NCBI GenBank assembly: GCA_049724395.1
Contig: JAUGWO010000128.1
Coordinates: forward strand, 1-64,000
From: Spongospora subterranea f. sp. subterranea
Lineage: Eukaryota
Reading direction: 5' to 3'
DNA length: 64,000 nt
This document shows positions 35,612 to 48,689 of this stretch, piece after piece (position 1 is the stretch's first letter; each line of letters opens with the position of its first letter). Position numbers and translations under genes: made by a program. Under the pieces are notes generated by a model. It was not told where the DNA came from. It saw only the letters and a list, made by a program, of their open reading frames with translations, and did not search any database.

Positions 35612-38600
35612 TCAATGTTGCTTATTGTTTAATATTTTTGTCAGCTCAGGAAGATCAAGCATCTGCTGTTCTGTGAGCCATTGTAGACACTGATTTGCTG
35701 CATGATAGGACAGCACTGCTTGAAATCCCCGTGTCACATCAGTGATGTACCGGTGCACAACTCGTCGTTCACCCCGATCGAACTGTTTCCCACACTTGCT
35801 ATAGCTTGGTTCCTGTCTGTCCCTGTTGGTGACAGGCATGTCCGGGTAAGTGTTAGGCATGAGTTCGAAACCCCGTGAGTGATGGAATTTTGGGAGACCC
35901 CTTAAGGTTGCATCCAATACGGAAAAGTAGAGAATGTTGAGCACGAAGGTCTGACCACGTGGCTTTTAATGAATGTGGGAGAGCGCGCTGCTTGCAGTAA
36001 ACTCGAAAACTCTGGATAGGCAAAATAATCAGGTGGGGGCAGGTCCCATTCGGTGTGGTCGTCAGGACAGATTATGTTGCTGAATCCAGCTGGTCTAATA
36101 GGTTCCTTCATTGGATACCCAAGCTACTTGTAGCGGCCAGGCGGAAGTAGGGAAAGCCTGGTAGTACACAGGCTTACTCAACCCATAAGCACCCGCGATC
36201 CTTTGTATACCATACCATACCACACTTGCTACATCGAGATGCCAATGGGATAGCGTTGTCGTTTTGGGCCTGCAGTGTCTGTGGAACTACTTTGCGAAAC
36301 GGCGCTTTCACGGAGGCACTATCGTCGCGGCGACGGCTACCTTGTTTGCTGATAATGTGGGCTTTCTTTGATGAAGCAGTGGACGACGATGATGATGAGG
36401 CTTCTTCGTCGGACGTCGTGATAATGGGGATGACGAGCGCTCGACGCCAACTTCGACCGTTTCACGCTTCGGTCGCATGTACAGGATGTGAGTGATTGGA
36501 TATTTCGTTATGTGGTAGGCGTCAACCGTCTGCCATCGCAAATTGGTGTTTTCATGCCGTCGTAGAATATCGGCTGCCCATTTAAAAACGTGTGGGAAAG
36601 AAATGATTGCCTGAGAAGTACGTATAGAAAATGGCAGCAAGGTTGAACTGATTCTCACCAAATCGAATCGTAGTCGGCGGTTTGATCTTCATGCGTTCAG
36701 ACGGTTCATTTTCTCGATGTTCTGGGAGCAAAGGGATGGGGACCAACAGCAAAGGTGGATAGTTGAGCATGAACCGTTTCTGAATCGTGCGAGTGTCTCT
36801 GCATCTGTAAGTAGGGACGGTGTCAAACTCGTCCGATTCTTCGTTCAATTGGTATATTGAATTGGTGTCGAGAATGAATGCCCCATCAGGTACAGAGGAA
36901 TGAAGTGCAGCGGTGTGCGTCGTCGTCCTATCGCAAGGACCGTCCATTTGCTCGAAATACGAATCGAGTGCGGTTTGGTTGAATCGAGTGCATCTTGACG
37001 GCGGGTGCAGTTGCGTATCGATTTTTTTTTCCGGTGACGAGGTCATTTTAAATAGTACTACGCTTGCCAATGTCCAGAGACCAATTGTCGTTCGGATGTG
37101 GACAGTTTTCGGAAGAACATAATGTGTCCCAGGTTGTCCTGTACATGAACAACTCTTGGCAGTAATGAATGACGGCGTCTTCGATACTGGCCCACATGTC
37201 ATGTCTTCCCAATGTGCTCACGTTCATCACATTTGTACACCACATGAAGCGTGCTTGGGCGTAGTGCTCGTCTCCAATTAGACAGAGAACTGTTCGTAGA
37301 TTCTCCACATCGTTTGCCTCCGCCAAGCCAGCGTACTTGCTTAACAGATATATTGTCATCAAAGCAGTGTCCATGGCACATGTATTGACTGCGGTGAAAT
37401 CACCGCCGTACTTGAAGCTCCAAGGGATCCCAAATGTTTTCCAGTCGACTTCGCTGCCCATCGTCGGGACGACGTTCCGTGAGCCTTTGGGGCGACCAAC
37501 GCGATTCTTACCAATAAGCTGTTGCGAAGTGTCTCAAAGCCGACCATCATTGCTATATGGGGGTTTTTCGCTTCGTTGGTGATTTGGCATAACGCAGACC
37601 TTGCAGGGCCAGCATATGGTCAATCTCGATCTGTTTCACGTAGCGGTACGTGTGATCCAGACATTCGAAGAAAGATGGTCTTGGTTTTGGCGAACAATGC
37701 TGAAATTCGCCACCGATGCATTCTTGCGCATTAGTCGTTTGATTGATGGCAGCGACGGCGTCCGGACTGACCATCGCCGGAAAGATGAACTCCCACGTGC
37801 TGTATGCCATCCCATCCAACGTTTGATCTTGGGGAACGCCTCAACAATGGCGAGAACCCGGACCTGAAAGTCATTGATTTCAATGACGTCCAACAGGGCA
37901 CACACCGCTTGGTAGAATTTGCGTTGCCTAAATGGGTGAAATCAAGCCGGAATTTCGCTGCACCCTTGTCAGCGTCCTCTTGAATGAACGGTGCAACATC
38001 GATAGAAACAGTCCAAGTCGATGGCTTCATCGCTTGGAACTGTGCATTCAAAGCGTTTGCGAACCCGCTCCGCTCGGGGTCCGAAAAGTCGCACGTCATT
38101 CCCAGAAATGACTTCTCAGGATCAGCCTCCCAAACATTGAGATCATTGGGCATCTTCAACGCTCGAGATAATACACCGAAGTGAGCAGCATGATGTAACG
38201 TCGACTTTCCCATTAGCAATGAGATCGCGAATGGAATGTTTCGATTGTTAACTGAACAAAATCCGGACGTCATAGTGACATTGGCTGTTGGACAATGTTC
38301 GTCGAACAAAAATCCTTCGATCGTATCAGTTTGAAGTGACGACTGACGCTCTTTAACCGCTCTTGCATGAAGGGCGTCATCAGCACTGGTGCTTGCAACC
38401 ATTTTTAATACCGAGATTCGCCTCAAACGCCGCCACGCTTCCGAGCGACGATACCGGCTTTTTCCTTGCCCATACCTTGTTTTTAGAAGTACGCCAATCG
38501 ACTCAGGTTAACGAACGCCGGGTGAATGTCACTCATTGCCTGTCGTGAGAACATACCTATCTGCAGGTTTCTGGGACGCGCCTCTGGCGCCGTCTTTAAT

Positions 38601-38940
38601 ATGTCCTCAAACTGAATTCGCGATGCCAAATTAGCACGAATGGGATGTGGGCGGCGGTTGGATGGTGACCGGAATGGTGAAAAGCAATGGAACGCTCGGT
38701 CTGAACCGTATTAAGGATGGCACCAAATGAGACGAGATGGAAGCGCTTTTTATGAGCTGGGCATTGCGTGTCTGTCGGCATGGGAGGCGATGACTTCTTT
38801 TTGCTTCCCCGTGGAATACGTGGTCGTTCAGAGAAATCGCATGTAGCGACGGGAAGTGCATGGCCCAGCCAACACCACGAACATCTCGCGGCCCGTACCC
38901 TTCAGGATTTGCAATCCGGAACTGGACGCTGCCTTCGGGA
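35612..38940 (-). pseudogene. Second, divergent GCM-DDE-AT-hook-USP-like transposase, degraded
   Basis: RGVGWAMH, LQTDTIE, TCDFS, CTVH, TTNAQE, SNDGR..DT, GRPKGSRN, NTCAMD, GNHF, FYDGM, HILY. Confidence 0.75.
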
Positions 38941-39700
38941 TACTGATCTTATATAGAAACGCTGCATAGTCCAGCCCATTGTCGGTCCTGTTCCATTATG
39001 TCTAGATATGCATCAAGCGTAAGATTTTCATGGTCTAATGGTCCGGCGTAGTTCAGTATTTTTGTCGCTATGGTTCTTCCCTGATTTGGGTCTCTGTCAT
39101 AGTCACATATGTCTCTACGTAATTGCTGTACAGTAATGTCTGGTATTGCTCCTCATGTTCTGATTGCTTCAAGTGCACAGTTGCCTACTCCAACTACATC
39201 TTTTAAAATAGTGTCAATTTCTATGGCACATGTCTTGTGCAATCCATTACTGTTTCCACCTTTTGTCGTTCTCTTATGTGGTTGTGCACTTGGGATTTTT
39301 CCCGCCGATGTGCCCATATAGTCTTGCTGTGTAGTCTGTTTGTCTGTATGTTGCTTATTATGCTTTGTGTGTTTAAATTTATTGTTTTGTTCTCTTGTAT
39401 TGGTTGGCGTGTCTTCACTTTTGTGTATGCAAGGATTAACTGTCGTTCCTACGATTTTGACTTCTATTTTGGCTGAATTTATTGTTATTATCTACTGAAA
39501 ATTCGTTTATCTCTCTTCCTCTACTATAATTCTTGGTTGTGCTATCGAATGTTTTGTTCTGTTTCTGTTTAATCGTTTATCGTGTTGGGATTTGCATATT
39601 TCGGTGAAGCAATGGCATCTTATTCCAATACATCGGTTTGATCTGATATCGATTATCTGGTTTACACATATACCGGTAAATCGGTTGACTAATTTTTCAG
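38940..39700 (-). pseudogene. Fragment of a related LINE with the OTU-like domain
   Basis: Minus-strand translation GGNSNGLHKTCAIEIDTILKDVVGVGNCALEAIRT*GAIPDITVQQLRRDIC...YLDIMEQDRQWAG; upstream boundary approximate. Confidence 0.85.
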
Positions 39701-39983
39701 TTTCCCGATTGCTCATAAGGTATTTCGGCTTGTTTCAAACTGTAATGAGTTATCATCTCGCATGATTTCTCACTCAGAAGAGTGATTAAGGTTTGACTGT
39801 CTGTCGGCTGTTGCTTATCATGGCCCAGGGGAAGACTCCGAGCATCCCTCCACTACCAATAACTTTTATAGCAGCCGACTCCAACCATTCATTAGGTACG
39901 GCATGACTTCCTGTTAGGTTCATTCTCATCTAAACCTGTTAGGTTCATTCTCATCTAAACCTGTTAGCTCATCTAAACCTTGC

Positions 39984-42630
39984 TTGTCATCACATTTCCT
40001 TTTGTCCTTGAGTGATTTCAACGAAGAGAGACTCCGAGTTCCCATTTTCAATGGTGACCGCTCATCGTTCCAGCTCTGGGAAGCCAACCTGCTAATGACT
40101 CTGGACTACCGCGGTTTAAAGCACTATGTAACAGAGGACATCATTGTCAGCTCCGGAAACGAAATCGTCGATCGTTTTCAATCCACCGAAGATAGTCGCA
40201 GTATCGTCGCCTTGCCAAATGCGCTAAAAATATATCTGCCTCTTTCTACCTGATGATATTTTGAGTTGGGTGATCGACCTACCAACGGCCCGATTGGTTT
40301 TCGTGGAGCTTTGCGAGCAGTTTGAGAGGAACGGCCGTGGCAGTCGCATTCAGGCTTGGCGTCGTTTCTGGTCCCTCAAGAAAGGGTACCGACACGATTT
40401 CAAAAGATTTGCGAGCTATCTTCGCAGGATGTTATTGATAAAGTTCTCGAAGGATCCGCTCCTCAGATTTTTTGAAGCGTTTTGTACTTAGGATATGTAG
40501 GTTGAAATCGTGTCGGTACCTTTCTTTAGAAACCAGAAATGATGCCAAGCCTGAATGCGACTGCCACGGCCGTTCCTCTCAAACTGCTCGCAAAGCTCCA
40601 AGAAAACCAATCGGGCCGTTGATAGGTCGATCACCGAAAACAAGATATCATCAGATAGACAAAGGCAGATGATTAGCGCGTTTGGCAAGGCGACTATTTT
40701 CGGTGGATTGCAAACGATCGACGATTTCGTTTCCGGAGCTGACAGTGATGCTCTTTTGTCAGCCGAAGAAATCACGCATCACAGCAAGTTTGGCACGCTC
40801 GTCTAGGTCATACAAACATGGAAGATGCTCTTCACCTAAGTAAGACCGGCGCATCAGGGATATCTCTTTCAGGTACAGGCAAATCATCGTTCTGCGAGCC
40901 ATGAGTGTTGGAAAAAATGACAAGCCGACCATTTGTTGCAAGTCAGACCATTTCCAAGAAATCTGGAGACCTTAGTGTCAGCGATATTGATGGACTATTC
41001 TCTACCACCTCTTACGATGGATTCAGCTATTTTGTTACTTACATGGATCACTGCACAAGACACTGTCTCGTTACACATCTTCGAAAGAAGTCTGACCAAT
41101 TTCAAGCCCTCAAGGATTTTGTTTCGTTGTTCTCGACACAGTTTGATTTTTAAATCAAACAGTTTCAAACAGATAATGGAGGATAATATCTATTCAACGA
41201 GTCCGAGAGTTGGCTCATTCAAATGACATCCATTATCGAACTATCGTTGCATGTGACTCCGAGTCCAACGGTCTTGCTGAGCGTCTTAACCGCACCCTAA
41301 CCGATATTGCAATGAACCTTCTCGCTCATGCTCGTCTCCCAAAAGAATGCTTCTCTTCTAATTCTCTTGCTGCACATATATATAATCGGCGCCCACATTC
41401 ACCACTCGTAAACAAAATTTCTCCATTTGAAGCTCTTCGTCACTCCAAACCAGACTTACACTATCTGCCAATTTTCGGCTTTACTGCATATCGACGCATT
41501 TCGGATCACACACGAAGAAAACCAAGTTTTCGTGCACATAAAACTGTTTTCATTGGATATGCCAATTCCCAGAAGGCGTATTTATTGTTCAACNNNNNNN
41601 NNNNNNNNNNNNNNNNNNNNNNNNNNNNNNNCGAGTTCGACTAACTACAATTTTTCTTTTGGATTTAAGAGGCAAATATCAGATCGCAAGCGGTCACCTG
41701 GGTCAACTGCAAACCAAGTTATTACGACTACACTTGAGCAAACTGAAGACGCCATCAAATCTGAGAGCGCTTTCACTTCAAAACTAGATGCTACATTCAG
41801 TTCACAGGATCTACATCATCATCTTCCCACGCATCGTTCACCGAATCAGACACTGAAGAGGATACGAACTCTTTACGAGAAGAACCTATTAACCTAAGTG
41901 GTCGATTCGTTTGAACCGGCGTTGCGGCGGTCGTCTCGCATCAGTGTTCCTCCGACTTAATTTTGGAGATGTAACGTAGCACGTGTTTTTGGACTTCCAC
42001 GATCGAATCTTCCAACAGATGGTGCGGCACTACCACGACCCGTAATTTCCGATATTCAGGTTTCGCTATTTTCAATTCCTGCAAATTTGACTGAAGCCCT
42101 GAACAGTCCTCATGCTGGTCATTGGTATGACGCGATTCGAGCAGAGTATCAACAGATGTTAGATTTTCATACCTGGAGTTTACATAGATTCGCCTCCCGG
42201 ACGAAAGGCCATCTCGTGCAAATGGGTTTTGACGGTTAAACCAAGCCTTTCTGGGGATGGCTCTATCAGGAAGTTTCAAAAGCCCGTTTGGTGGTTCGAT
42301 GATTCTCACAAAGGACATGGAGTTGACTTCGATGAAACCTTTGCCCATTGCTACGGTATAAGACCATATTTTAAGTGTTTTCAAAAAAAGTGGCGCTACG
42401 AGCTCCAAGGAGCTCCGCGTCAGAAAACGGTAAAAAATGACTACAAAAGCTTAAAACCCCCCTTTTCGGCATAAAAATACTTCCTTTATATACGCGCAAG
42501 CTCACGCAGGCACAGCTGTTGCTCATCAAGCGTCAATGCGTGTGTTACTTGCTATTGCTGCCCAACACAATCTGCAGATCAGGCAAATTGATATTTTGGG
42601 GCTTTTCTTAACGGCGATGTACAAGAAGAT
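39984..42630 (+). pseudogene. Degraded Copia element (gag, integrase, RT start)
   Basis: RVPIFNGD..FQLW; FVTYMDH, QTDNGG, SNGLAERLN; WVLTVKP..GDGSIRKF. Confidence 0.85.
41594..41631. other. Assembly gap (N run)
   Basis: run of n. Confidence 1.
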
Positions 42631-43384
42631 ATATGTCTCTTGATTTTCTTGTCCATAACAACAATTCTTCAGGTTGCTGTATACATTTTCTTGTCCCCCC
42701 TCTACACCCTACTCATTCGTGCAGCTTTGTCAATATTGTACAGTGCTTGAAGATGAGGCCCTTGAACAAGCTGTGAAAGCAACTTGACTCTTTACGGTTG
42801 GGACTCCTAGCTGCACAAGAATGACCTCTTGGCCATTCTTGTCAACTCCTTGCATATCCTGTATCAATACACCGCCATCATGGAAACTTTCGGCCCTCCT
42901 GTGCCAGAATACATCACAAAACTGCAAAACAACCTCAAAAAAATGTGTTTTGGTATAAGGAAAAGTTGTGATGGAATAATCTCCCCATCATGTTATCACA
43001 TGTCATCACTATTATAACATGACCAGAGCCAATACCCGCCGCCCGCTCTCATTATTGCCTTTCAAATCGATATGGTGCCAGGGCAATGAGCGCCGATCTT
43101 TGAATTGGAGCAATAATGATGCGTTAAATGTTCTATCCATCATGATCATGTTGGACACTATCGGCTAAGTGCATATCAGGGACACCCACAGATTACTCGG
43201 GCAAGTCGTATATGATTATGGAGTTGACGATGGGCCTTGAATGAGGAGATAATCACAAATTCCACCAAAGGTCAGGCAGGTGAAACAGACAATTGGATAT
43301 TCTCAACCTGGTCCGAAACTAGCCGTATAACCTGTATTGGGGATCGTATCCCCATTGCGGCCAATATCTATACGGAACCATCTT

Positions 43385-43809
43385 GAACGCGACATCCGTC
43401 GTTTGTAATAAGTCATCTAATAACTGACGCAAGCACGACAAAGCGGTCGCTTTAATTGCTCTGGAGCAGCGTTGTCCATTACGACATACTGATCCTGTTT
43501 AATGGCAATGATGATGCAGACCACTACCTCTGCACATTCTCCAGCGTGTCCAAACTGAGTCGCCATCGGTGTTTGTGACTTGTGGAATGATCGAAGGCGT
43601 GAGATGGACAAATGGGACGGGACGTGGCAACTTAATTTGGACACCCTGGAGAATGAGCATGTAGTGGGCCTGCATCATCATGGCCTTTTTACAAATCACA
43701 TGCAGCAGGATCAGTAATGTCGTAGTGCTCCAGAGCGATTAAAGCGACCGGTGTGTCGTGCTTGCGTCAGTTGTTAGAAGACTTATTACTAACGACGGAT
43801 GTCGCGTTC
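43385..43809. mobile_element. MITE-like/foldback element with ~110-bp imperfect inverted repeats
   Basis: gaacgcgacatccgtcgtt...ctctggagca...tactgatcctg mirrored at ~43706-43809; no clear TSD. Confidence 0.65.
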
Positions 43810-44195
43810 TATCCATCCACATTCTTTCCTCACAATCGATTATCAAACAATCAACTGAATTCTGGTTTGTGATTATTTCCACATGACAACGCATCCGTGA
43901 TTGGTAGTCGTACTGTATCGCCAAAAGTGATATGATCTGAGTTAGGGGGAAATAAGGCAGTTTGATGGTACAGTATAGGATATTGTCCGTGACTGTGATC
44001 TACCGTTACCCCCAGTAGGTAGGTAGGGTAGGGTAGGGTAGGGTAGGCCGTAGCGCCAGTAACCTCAGTTGCCATAGCCCATGACAAGAGATTATCCCAT
44101 TCCTCTTATTATTCATCATCACAATACCCATCTGAATTAATCGCCATCGCCCCAGCTCAACCCGTTTCCCATCTATCCAACATATATTCCCCAAC

Positions 44196-44988
44196 ATGGC
44201 ACAATTTGGCGAGGTAATCAGTTCCACGCCCCATGGTTTATGCCCAACCATCTTAGTCCAACGTCACCCAGTTGGTTCTTGTATTGGGCGATCTTCATAT
44301 TCCCACACGTACTGATCAATTACCAGCACAGTTCAAGACTTTACTTGTAAATGGCTTTGTTCTAAACTACTGCGTTTGATCAATAATCCAGATCATAATA
44401 TATAGGTTCCTGGTAAAATGCAGCATATCTTATGTACCGGCAATATCTGCTCGAAACAAGTGGTTGATCATCTGAAAACAATCGCCTCTAATGTTCATGT
44501 GGCTAAAGGCGATTATGATATCGACACTGATTATCCAGATAATACCGTCGTTAAAGATTGGCGATTTCAAGATCGGTGTCATGTCGGTTGTTCGCTGTGT
44601 GAGGATGTGATAGTGTATCGCTGATAGTTCATTAGCCATGGTCATCAGATATTGCCATGGGGTGATATTGACGCCCTGGCTGAGATCCAATCGCAGCTAA
44701 ATGTCGATATCCTCATATCGGGCCATACCCATAAACAGGACGTGTTCGAGTACAATGGGAAGTATTTCGTGAACCCTGGCTCAGCGACAGGGTCGTATAC
44801 CCCATCTGATAGGTGGGCCAGTAGGGATCACTCCAATACCTTATCACACGACTAATACCGTTATCAGCGATATCGTCCCCAGTTTTGTGCTAATGGCCAT
44901 CAAGGACGATAAAGTGATCACATATGTGTATGAGCTTCGTGATGGGGAAGTTAAAGTCAGTAAATCAGAACACACCAAATCAAAATAA
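44196..44988 (+). CDS. VPS29: Retromer subunit VPS29 (multi-exon; apparent 1-nt indel near 44555)
   Basis: [62 protein letters not shown]. Confidence 0.95.
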
Positions 44989-45145
44989 AACTTGGGTCAT
45001 TTGGTGATTCGTGTCGGGTGGATCGAGAATAATCTCGAACAGGGCAATATATCCCCATTCCAGACTGATTTTTGTGTTTGAAAATCCATTTTCCATCCGG
45101 TACTTTGGTGGAAATAGAGAGTCATTGATTGGTTTATGATCAGTG

Positions 45146-47916
45146 ATGAATGGGTTCTCAGATATCCCATTACTACCTATCGGAACCGTTAATACCCTTG
45201 ATCAGCAGGGTTCAATCGGCGAATATGATCTGCCGGATCCGGATTCAGCTGAGATTGATCCTGGTCTAAATTACACAGCAGTACAGGAAGCGGATCCGTT
45301 CTTATGGCGAGCTAAATCCCCAGTATTAGGGACCAATGCCAATATGCTAATTGTCATCACTATGTATAATGAGAGTGGGTATTGTTGCCGATCTACAATC
45401 ATTATCTCATAACCGTTGACATATTGGGCGAAACCCCATCAGGTGGCGAAGAGCTCATCCTCACCCTTAGAGCGATCGCTAAAAACATCAAGCAAATGGC
45501 GAAGAGATTACAGCGGCCGTCGTTCTGGCAATCAGTGGCGATAGTTATCGTATGTGATGGTCGGATGAAATTGGCGCCGTCAGTGTTGAAGAAAGGGAAA
45601 GATATGGGTTATGGCGCCAACATGACACCACCCTGATCCCTCTAATAATATACTGACAACTGGCTCTCAATAGGAATGCTGCATTCTGGCAGAATGGCTA
45701 GGGCTAAACCGTCAACCCAGATGCACTTGTTTGAGAGTATTGTTCGTCTTGCTGATAACGAAGCTCGTGGTACACGATTTCCCCCATTACAGCTCCTATT
45801 CGCTGTTAAAGAACGGAACTCGGGTAAACTCAACTCCCATCTATGGTTCTTTGAGGGATTTGCCTATATAATCCAGCCCAGATTCACCTTCCTTCTGTAC
45901 GATATCGTGTCGAACTGTGCCCCTTGTGTATATCATGGCGCTAAATGGCGTTTATCTGATTTGACAGGGATGTGGGAACTGTCCCTAAAGACTATGCCCT
46001 TCTCGGGTTCTATAATGAACTGGATAACAATGAGCATGTCGCAGGTGTGTGTGGCCGATTAACCACACGTACTCGTAATCCATGTGAGTGGCTCAATCCT
46101 ATAATCGCCGCCCAAAGGTCCTATTACACCCAGCACCATTCTCCCCCGCCAGATCTAATCGAATGTATACCAGGTTTGAGTACCAGGTTAGCAGTCTAAT
46201 GGACCTATCGTTCCAATCCTCTTTAGGCTATTTAGCTGTATTACCTGGTGCATTCTCAGCCTATAAATATCAGGTGCCACTAGAACACCCAATCTTCACC
46301 AAACCCCACCAAACCCTTTCATCTTATCTGAAATAGGCTCTTCGTGGCGAGCCATTACGTCGGTATTTCGCCCAACTAGGTGTTGCTGATCGAGACCTCG
46401 ACCCTTTCACGACGAATATGTTAGTGGATTGGCGACAATGAACGAGGATGAAGGGAATATGACCGTGATTTGGTGACAGGACATTAGCCGAGGATCGATT
46501 ATTGTGCTATGAGCTAATCGCCAAGGCGGATTGCAGTTGGACATTATCGTATGTGAACACATCTGTTGCCGAGACGGACGTCCCTCACGATCTCGTCTCG
46601 CTATTACGACAAAGGAGGCGATGGCTGAACGGGTCGTTTTTTGCCTTATTGTATTCCCTAGCCCATTTCTTCACATTTTGGACTCGATCAAGCCATAGGT
46701 ATATGATGACGGTTATATGACAAGACCCCTAATACCCCCTAACATTGATCATATCTTCTCCTCAGCTTATATCGTAAACTGTGTATATCGTTCCTGTTCC
46801 TGTTCTTCGTTGTGTCCATTATCATACAATGGCTGGCAATGGCCGAGTTCTTCCTGGTCATTGTTCTGGTCAGTAAAGAGTTAGGTCTGGATCCTATCTA
46901 TTACACATCAGCTGGTCTTGTATTCCTCATTGTCGTCTTTATCCAATTCGTCCTCAGCGCCCAAAACCGCCCTCAGGTGAATTCCTCATTTCCAGATGAT
47001 AATTGTCTATTGAGTTCCTATTCAGGATCTTCGTACCGCTTATAATATAACCTCAGCGATATTGAGTGCATTATTACTGGCTCTGGTTGTGGTCACTCTG
47101 CAATTCGCCCTGATACAAGTTCGTCGAGGGGATCTGCTCCTAATCATAACGGTATTCAGGCCATCTCAATGCCCTAGTTTATTGTACCCTGATCCCCAGC
47201 ATCATTAGCTGGCAATTGCCTGGGGTGTTTATCTGGCCGCAGGATTGCTCCATGGCGCTTTCACTACTATCGCCTTATCCCTTGTCCCATTTGTGGCCAT
47301 GACTGACCCCGTTATTCCTCATCGTGTATGTTCTCCCGTTTCCCCTTGGCCGTTTCCCAGTATCTCATCGCCATCTCTCTTTCTCTCAGATTCCCTATCT
47401 ACGCCTTAACCAATTCTCATGATGTCAGGTAAGGAAGGCGGCCCATATCCATCAGGGTTTACCCGTAATTGGACCGTTTGATCAGCTGGGGAACCAAAGA
47501 TATCAATACGGTCACTGAATCCGGCGATTCATTCGTTAGAGAACTAGTTCGAATCCGATTCCGCCGATTCCGAACTGTGATCTTATTAGTTGAGTGTGAT
47601 TATTTCTGATCTCGTCAATCGATCGATAACGCCATCTGTGTCACCAATAGGTATGGGTCGCTTCCAATATCGGACTAGTCGCCTTGGTATTCTTCTTAAA
47701 CGCCTCAGCAATATTTCTCAATATCGCTGTACTATCAATCCTCTGTATGTTGTCGACGGTTCTCGTGATCATTCTCTTATCGTGTCACTACGCTCTGCAG
47801 TTTTGAATGGATCGCGCTTCATTGGTTCGTTGCTCTATCTGACAGGTGGAAGTGCTAATTCATCAATATTGGTATCGAGTTGTTGTTCGGCGCCAAGAAT
47901 TTGCGTCTTGATTTGA
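45146..47916 (+). CDS. CHS: Chitin synthase (GT2, division-1/oomycete-like), multi-exon; 3' end approximate
   Basis: [65 protein letters not shown]. Confidence 0.95.
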
Positions 47917-48689
47917 CGTGCAACATTTATCAGGTCAAGTTTTTGGTTTGTCCGATAGTATGGCGAGCATATGTCTCTGTCATTAAACTGCCATTATCGA
48001 TGGGGTTCTCCATATTATACGCCCTCTCTCTCATCGGGGCAGCGCCCCTTCCTGGTAAATCTGTATGGGCTCCTTTCCCTATTGCCCAATCCCACTGTTC
48101 ACTGGTGCTGAACAGGCTCATAATATGGTACTGTCATGCTGTTCTTTTGACATGAGATTTACCCATTTCCTCACATCGCGCACCCGAATTCCCTTATCAA
48201 GGTCTCAGGCCCTTCTTGATGTTGATCAAACTATCAATCTCCCCTCAAATAAAGACCTAAACAGGTAAACACGCCATCCACTTAACTCGATGCGCCCTCA
48301 TTCAATTTTACTTCCAGTACCCGAATTTATTTCCTAACTCTGCGATGGATAATTGCTACATTACTCCTGTCGTTGGTTGCAACTATCGTCGCTATACTCT
48401 TCGTCATATCCAGTAAAAATCGAAGCTTCGGGCCGTTTTCCTGTACTGACCGTTGTGCTAAAACTGTCGAGGTATTCATATCAATACTTGTCATGATAAC
48501 CAACAATAACAAGTGCACCAGATCATAGCTAAAATTCCATTTCGCCTTCCCCAAATATTATTAGCGATGATTGCATTGTCAATATCTTGGGCAGGAGATT
48601 CGATCATGCGTCAACTGACTGTCAAGTATGCCATTTGATCAAGGACTTGAACAGAGTCATGAAGATATTATAAATTTTATACTGTATTG

